Part shown: piece by piece, positions 59,693 through 64,000 of the stretch
Layout of the letters: each line of letters starts with the position of its first letter
Numbering within the stretch: the stretch's first letter is position 1
Origin: Bacilli bacterium
Lineage (GTDB): Bacteria > Bacillota_I > Bacilli_A > RFN20 > CAG-826
Direction: 5' to 3'
DNA length: 64,000 bases
NCBI GenBank assembly: GCA_017442875.1
Contig: JAFSPN010000046.1
Location: 103,596-167,595 of the forward strand
Program-made: the position numbers and the translations under genes
The notes under the pieces: generated by a model
Databases searched by the model: none
What the model saw: only the letters and a program-made list of their open reading frames with translations
What the model was told of the DNA's origin: nothing

Positions 59693-60850
59693 ATGAAGAA
59701 AGAAGATATAAGCGGAATTGTTGTCTATCTTGTCATTATTGTTCTTGCGGTAGTATTCGGCTTAACAGTATTACAAACTCACGCTAGTGAAAGTACATTA
59801 AGTGGTTTTCCATACGTGCTATATATCATTGGTGCGGTTTTAAGCGGTGCTATTTTTAATTCTATATTATTTGAACTCGCCCACGTCTTAGGCGCAAAAA
59901 TTGGTAAATACGATATCTTAAGCGTTAACATTCTTGGTTTTTGTTTTTATAAAAGCGAAGGTAAAACCAAATTCAAATTTGCCTCATTTGATGGTCTTAC
60001 TGGAGAAACAAAAATCGTCCCTAAAAAAGATATGTGCGACAAAGCAAATCCATACCCATATCTCTTCTTTGGTTCGTTATTCTTTGCTGTCGAAGCGATT
60101 GCAGTAATGGTTTCTTTCTCCTTATTAAGAGATGCCGCTCACCCATCAGGAAAAGATGACCTAGCTTTTGGTTTATTAACATTAGGCGCTATTGGATTTG
60201 TTATTCTTCTTTATAACATCCTACCAATCCGTGTTGATGCAATGACTGATGGTTATCGTTTGACCATGGTTTCAAACCCTAAAAACAAAGCCGCTTTTAA
60301 CGAACTATTAAGAGTGGAACATGAAATTGAAATTGGAAATACCGATATTGAAGTTAAAGTCTTTGATGAAATTACTAACTTCACCGCTGATCTTAACTTA
60401 AATAGAGTGTATGCATTATTAGATCAAAAGAAATATCAAGAAGCAGAAGCGATTCTAGACAAGATTATCGACGCTAAAGATAGCGTTTCTGCTAAAGTCC
60501 ACATCAGAGCAAGAGCTCAAAAGATTTTTATCAATTTGGTTACTAAAACTTTAGACGAAGCCAAAGAATACTATGAAAAAGAAGTTCCCGTTTCTGAAAG
60601 AAGAGAAATTTCTAATGATGTTTCTATGGCCTCAATTCGCGCCTATTTATTGATGTCTGGCTTATTAGATAAATCGAGAAGTGAATGCATTATCGCGTTA
60701 AATAATGTCTACCGTGCATTCAAACACACACCAAAAAATAGACAAGAAACAGAAGTAATGTTATTTAATGAAGCGTTGGAAAAAGTAACTACCGCTCATC
60801 CCGATTGGGATTTAGAAGGATATAAATTAGAAATTAAATCTAAGAAATAA
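59693..60850 (+). CDS. membrane protein: N-terminal 5-6 TM domain with degenerate site-2-protease-like motifs, C-terminal helical soluble domain
   Basis: 385 aa; FELAH (HExxH position with the first His replaced by Phe) and NILPIRVDAMTDG (resembling the NxxPxxxLDG motif of M50 peptidases). Confidence 0.3.
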   Translation: MKKEDISGIVVYLVIIVLAVVFGLTVLQTHASESTLSGFPYVLYIIGAVLSGAIFNSILFELAHVLGAKIGKYDILSVNILGFCFYKSEGKTKFKFASFDGLTGETKIVPKKDMCDKANPYPYLFFGSLFFAVEAIAVMVSFSLLRDAAHPSGKDDLAFGLLTLGAIGFVILLYNILPIRVDAMTDGYRLTMVSNPKNKAAFNELLRVEHEIEIGNTDIEVKVFDEITNFTADLNLNRVYALLDQKKYQEAEAILDKIIDAKDSVSAKVHIRARAQKIFINLVTKTLDEAKEYYEKEVPVSERREISNDVSMASIRAYLLMSGLLDKSRSECIIALNNVYRAFKHTPKNRQETEVMLFNEALEKVTTAHPDWDLEGYKLEIKSKK

Positions 60851-62587
60851 TTATTTTCTCTTCTTACTGAAAATAAACACTAAACCAATAAGAGCGCTGA
60901 AAGCGGTAATTGATAACGATGCTGTTATCGAACCATTACAGCCTCTTTTTTCTTTTTCTGATTTATCAGGTTGATCTGGCTTATCAGGCCCTTCTTCATC
61001 TCCGCCTTCGCCAGGCAAAACTGTAATTGGCACAACAGTGCCTCTTCCACCATAAAAAACTATGACGCTTTGGTCGCCTGCTTTATTCTTGTTAAAACCT
61101 TCAACAGTATAATCAGTAATAACAACTTGTGAATTATCGTTATACACTGCGGTAACAGTTAAATCTAATTCTTCACCGATTTTATAGCCAGTATCTGATT
61201 TATTATCAACAACTAGAATTCTTACTAAAGTAAGAGGTTGTGTTTGACCATCGACATATGTGTAACCACATGTTTTGCATGTATGGGTTGTATAGCCACC
61301 AGATTGTTCTGTTGCTGGAGTCACTTCGTCTTTAAAGGAATGTCTTTCTTTTCCTTTTACTACATCATGACCACATGTAGCAGCATACCAGTGATATGTA
61401 GCGTCAGAACTATATTCGTTTGAGAAAGTATGCTCATGTGCTGCTGAAACAGTAATACCAGAATATGTAGCGGATTTACCACTATAAGTGCACGTAACTG
61501 ATGTAATACCTTCGACCAATGGATTAGGTGTCCAAACACAGTTAGAAACCGCAATTTCTTTGGTTGAACTATCGTCATAATGTCCGGTAACAGTTAAGCC
61601 GGTTGGATCAAATGTATCACCAGCCATGTAACTCTTTTTGGTGGCTTGTCCGGAAATAGAGATACTTGCTAATGTTTTCGCCGGCGTACCATCCGCTGGA
61701 TAAGTTTCCATACATTCTTGTTTTGCACTAGCACTAGCTAAATCGCCAAAAACCATCCATGCATATTCCGGATGATCAACAAAGGGGTTTCTATTTTTCT
61801 GTTTAGATGTTTCTGAATAATCATTACGATTACCTTCTAAAACATCTGGTTTATCATCAGTATGCCATTTCAATAATGTGTCATAGTTTTCGATAACATT
61901 TAAAATGTTTAAAGGCTTGGAATTGTATATTGATCGATATGCAACCCATAAATACATATATTCACGAGCGACATCGCCTTTAATGCAATCTAATGGTTCG
62001 AACATTCCGCTAGTTTTATAGCCACAAAGCATACCATCGTAATAATAAGCGCTACTTTTACCGGTGTCGCCCATTAATAAACTGCTACGTGTACTATTCA
62101 CGGTGTTGTAAGTTGGTCTTAAATGCAAAATATCAGTGCCTGCTTTTGATTCTACGAAATTACCACCTGATAAAGATTTAGGCCACACGTGTTCTCTGTT
62201 CCATGAGGAAGCGGCATTCTTTTTAACAGAATCACGGCTATAAAAATAAATCATATTATTGCTGTTTGTTGGGTCCTCATCAGCATATTGAAGCTGTGTG
62301 GATAAAGTGTTTGCGCCACTTCCGCTATATGTGTACCAGGCTTCTGGTTCAATTAATTCCGTTAAAGATGTTCTTAAAGAGCCATTAATACCATAAGTGA
62401 GAGAATTGGAGTCAATGCCATTATAATAAGAACCAGAATAACTATATGGATCAAAATTTTCGAGATGTTGGTTATGCGTTGCCGCTTCAACCTCTATAGA
62501 AGCGTTGTTATTTTTAACAGTAATCAATCCCAAGCCAAGAGTAAAAGCAGCTAAAGCAGCACTAATTGTTAATAATTTCTTTTTCAT
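60851..62587 (-). CDS. secreted, membrane-anchored endonuclease I (EndA/NucM) family nuclease with Ig-like and Cys/His-rich domains
   Basis: 578 aa; signal peptide; NREHVWPKSLSGG is the Endonuclease_1 active-site motif; Big_3-like repeats; acidic/Pro-rich linker; C-terminal hydrophobic anchor plus KKRK. Confidence 0.6.
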   Translation of the reverse strand: MKKKLLTISAALAAFTLGLGLITVKNNNASIEVEAATHNQHLENFDPYSYSGSYYNGIDSNSLTYGINGSLRTSLTELIEPEAWYTYSGSGANTLSTQLQYADEDPTNSNNMIYFYSRDSVKKNAASSWNREHVWPKSLSGGNFVESKAGTDILHLRPTYNTVNSTRSSLLMGDTGKSSAYYYDGMLCGYKTSGMFEPLDCIKGDVAREYMYLWVAYRSIYNSKPLNILNVIENYDTLLKWHTDDKPDVLEGNRNDYSETSKQKNRNPFVDHPEYAWMVFGDLASASAKQECMETYPADGTPAKTLASISISGQATKKSYMAGDTFDPTGLTVTGHYDDSSTKEIAVSNCVWTPNPLVEGITSVTCTYSGKSATYSGITVSAAHEHTFSNEYSSDATYHWYAATCGHDVVKGKERHSFKDEVTPATEQSGGYTTHTCKTCGYTYVDGQTQPLTLVRILVVDNKSDTGYKIGEELDLTVTAVYNDNSQVVITDYTVEGFNKNKAGDQSVIVFYGGRGTVVPITVLPGEGGDEEGPDKPDQPDKSEKEKRGCNGSITASLSITAFSALIGLVFIFSKKRK

Positions 62588-62616
62588 AGTAAAACCATTA
62601 TACTCGCGTGGAAGAA

Positions 62617-62656
62617 ATAAAAAAAGACCGCTAAATATTAACGGTCTATTTTTTTG
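62617..62656. terminator. bidirectional terminator
   Basis: A-run, AGACCG-loop-CGGTCT, T-run; between the nuclease gene start region and the pmbA end. Confidence 0.55.
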
Positions 62657-62664
62657 TTTGATAA

Positions 62665-63990
62665 TTACTTACCAGAAACAGCTATTTTCTTGATTAACAA
62701 CGATGAAGCAGATATGCCGCTTGGAGAAACATCCACATCATTGCCAACTTCAAGAACATCACTGAATAGTTCTAATAAGTTACCAGAAACAGTAATTAAA
62801 TCTAATGGTTTACCTTTTTTACCGTTTTCAATCATGAAACCAGTGGATTGAAGAGAGAAGTTACCGCTTTGAGCGTTTAACCCAGCGTGTAATCCGGATA
62901 CATCAGTGATGTAAACACCATTACCAACTTCTTGGAATAACTCTTCCTGAGATTTTTTACCTGGTTTTAAGTAGATAAATGCTGGAGAAATACCTTTCTT
63001 TGAACCTCCACCGAAAGCGTTACCTGTTGTTTGAACACCATCTTTAGCAGCGGTTGTTAGATTATACAAGTAAGTTTGTAAGACACCATTTTTAATAATG
63101 GCTTTGTTATATGTTGCGACACCTTCATCATCGAACCATCTTGCAAAAGCATTCTTTTGAAGCGGTCTATCTTCAATAGTGACTTTCTTAGAAGCAACTT
63201 TTTGACCTAATTTACCAATGAATAAAGAAGATTTCTTTTGTACTTCTTCAGCGTTAGCGTAATCGACATACGCTCTCATTAAGGATTGGACAACACCTGG
63301 GTGCAAGACAGCTTTGTATTTATTTGATGCACAAGCATCTCCGCCTAGTTGAGCAACTGTTTGATCAACAATCTTCTTAGCGAGTTTAGCAGGATCAAAT
63401 TCATCAAAGTTACTGCTAAAGGCAAAATCATAACCGGATTTAGTTTGTCCATTTTCACTAGCGACACATTGACCAACAAAATAGAAGTAGTTGTTCTTTT
63501 GTGTGAGATTTAAACCATTTGAATTCAATAAAGTGAATTTTGAACGAACTTGACTATACTCAGTACCTGCGACTTCCACTACACGGTGGTCGCCTTCTTT
63601 GATTCCTTTTTCCAAAGCATAGAGTTTATCCATGATTTGCTTGTTAGTGACGTTTTCTAAATCTTTATTGAAAGTGTTAATCTTTTTATATTTTTCAGAG
63701 CCTTTGAAAATAAAGACTGGGTCATCGTTTTCAATGACCTTAGCGTTAGCAACGATTTCTTTAACTAACCATTTAGCTTTTTCAGCATTCCAAACATCAG
63801 CAGTAGCAGCGCCACATTTGCCGTTTAGGATACCTCTAGCAAGGATGGAGTAACCATTGTTATCGGTGTATTCATTAACTTCTCCATGGAATAAGGAGAT
63901 GCTTAACGTACGGCTTTCAGAAACATAGAGTTCAACTTCTTCTAAGCCTGCTTCTTTTGCTAAAGCAAAAAACTTATCATATTTGCCCAT
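62665..63990 (-). CDS. pmbA: TldD/PmbA-family metallopeptidase
   Basis: 441 aa; N-terminus MGKYDKFFALAKEAGLEEVELYVSESRT and C-terminal PmbA/TldD family blocks. Confidence 0.7.
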   Translation of the reverse strand: MGKYDKFFALAKEAGLEEVELYVSESRTLSISLFHGEVNEYTDNNGYSILARGILNGKCGAATADVWNAEKAKWLVKEIVANAKVIENDDPVFIFKGSEKYKKINTFNKDLENVTNKQIMDKLYALEKGIKEGDHRVVEVAGTEYSQVRSKFTLLNSNGLNLTQKNNYFYFVGQCVASENGQTKSGYDFAFSSNFDEFDPAKLAKKIVDQTVAQLGGDACASNKYKAVLHPGVVQSLMRAYVDYANAEEVQKKSSLFIGKLGQKVASKKVTIEDRPLQKNAFARWFDDEGVATYNKAIIKNGVLQTYLYNLTTAAKDGVQTTGNAFGGGSKKGISPAFIYLKPGKKSQEELFQEVGNGVYITDVSGLHAGLNAQSGNFSLQSTGFMIENGKKGKPLDLITVSGNLLELFSDVLEVGNDVDVSPSGISASSLLIKKIAVSGK

Positions 63991-64000
63991 TATTTAAGCT

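Overview
This is a low-GC Firmicute-type chromosomal segment read with the standard genetic code; it spans the replication origin. Genes left of about 42.6 kb lie almost entirely on the minus strand and genes right of it on the plus strand. The conserved origin block is intact: rpmH-rnpA-yidC-jag-mnmE on the minus strand, then dnaA-dnaN-yaaA-recF-gyrB-gyrA on the plus strand, with DnaA-box clusters upstream of dnaA and in the dnaA-dnaN spacer. Upstream (0-22 kb) are thyA(partial)-folA-asnA, an HAD hydrolase and birA. Next comes a pckA / Na+-pumping oxaloacetate decarboxylase operon, then gpmA, a Na/Pi transporter, a CPBP protease and lgt. An uncharacterised three-gene cluster follows (FAD-dehydrogenase / CofE-like gamma-glutamyl ligase / DUF1846). 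The 18-31 kb stretch is a dense nucleotide-salvage neighbourhood: prs, upp-uraA, apt, a guanine-class purine riboswitch controlling a BMP-lipoprotein nucleoside ABC transporter, and a P-loop kinase-guaA(ATP-PPase only)-hpt-xpt-FNT-channel operon. The 31-41 kb stretch is minus-strand housekeeping (NTP-transferase, glcK, truncated glmU, ispE, rsmA, rnmV, tatD). Downstream of gyrA are a GT4-like glycosyltransferase, serS, tadA, a P-type ATPase, psuG, a TetR regulator, an Fe-ADH, a membrane protein, a surface endonuclease I and pmbA/tldD. I saw no rRNA, tRNA, CRISPR array or obvious mobile element. Start codons were refined by hand where the supplied ORF over-extended; several ORFs use GTG or TTG starts.
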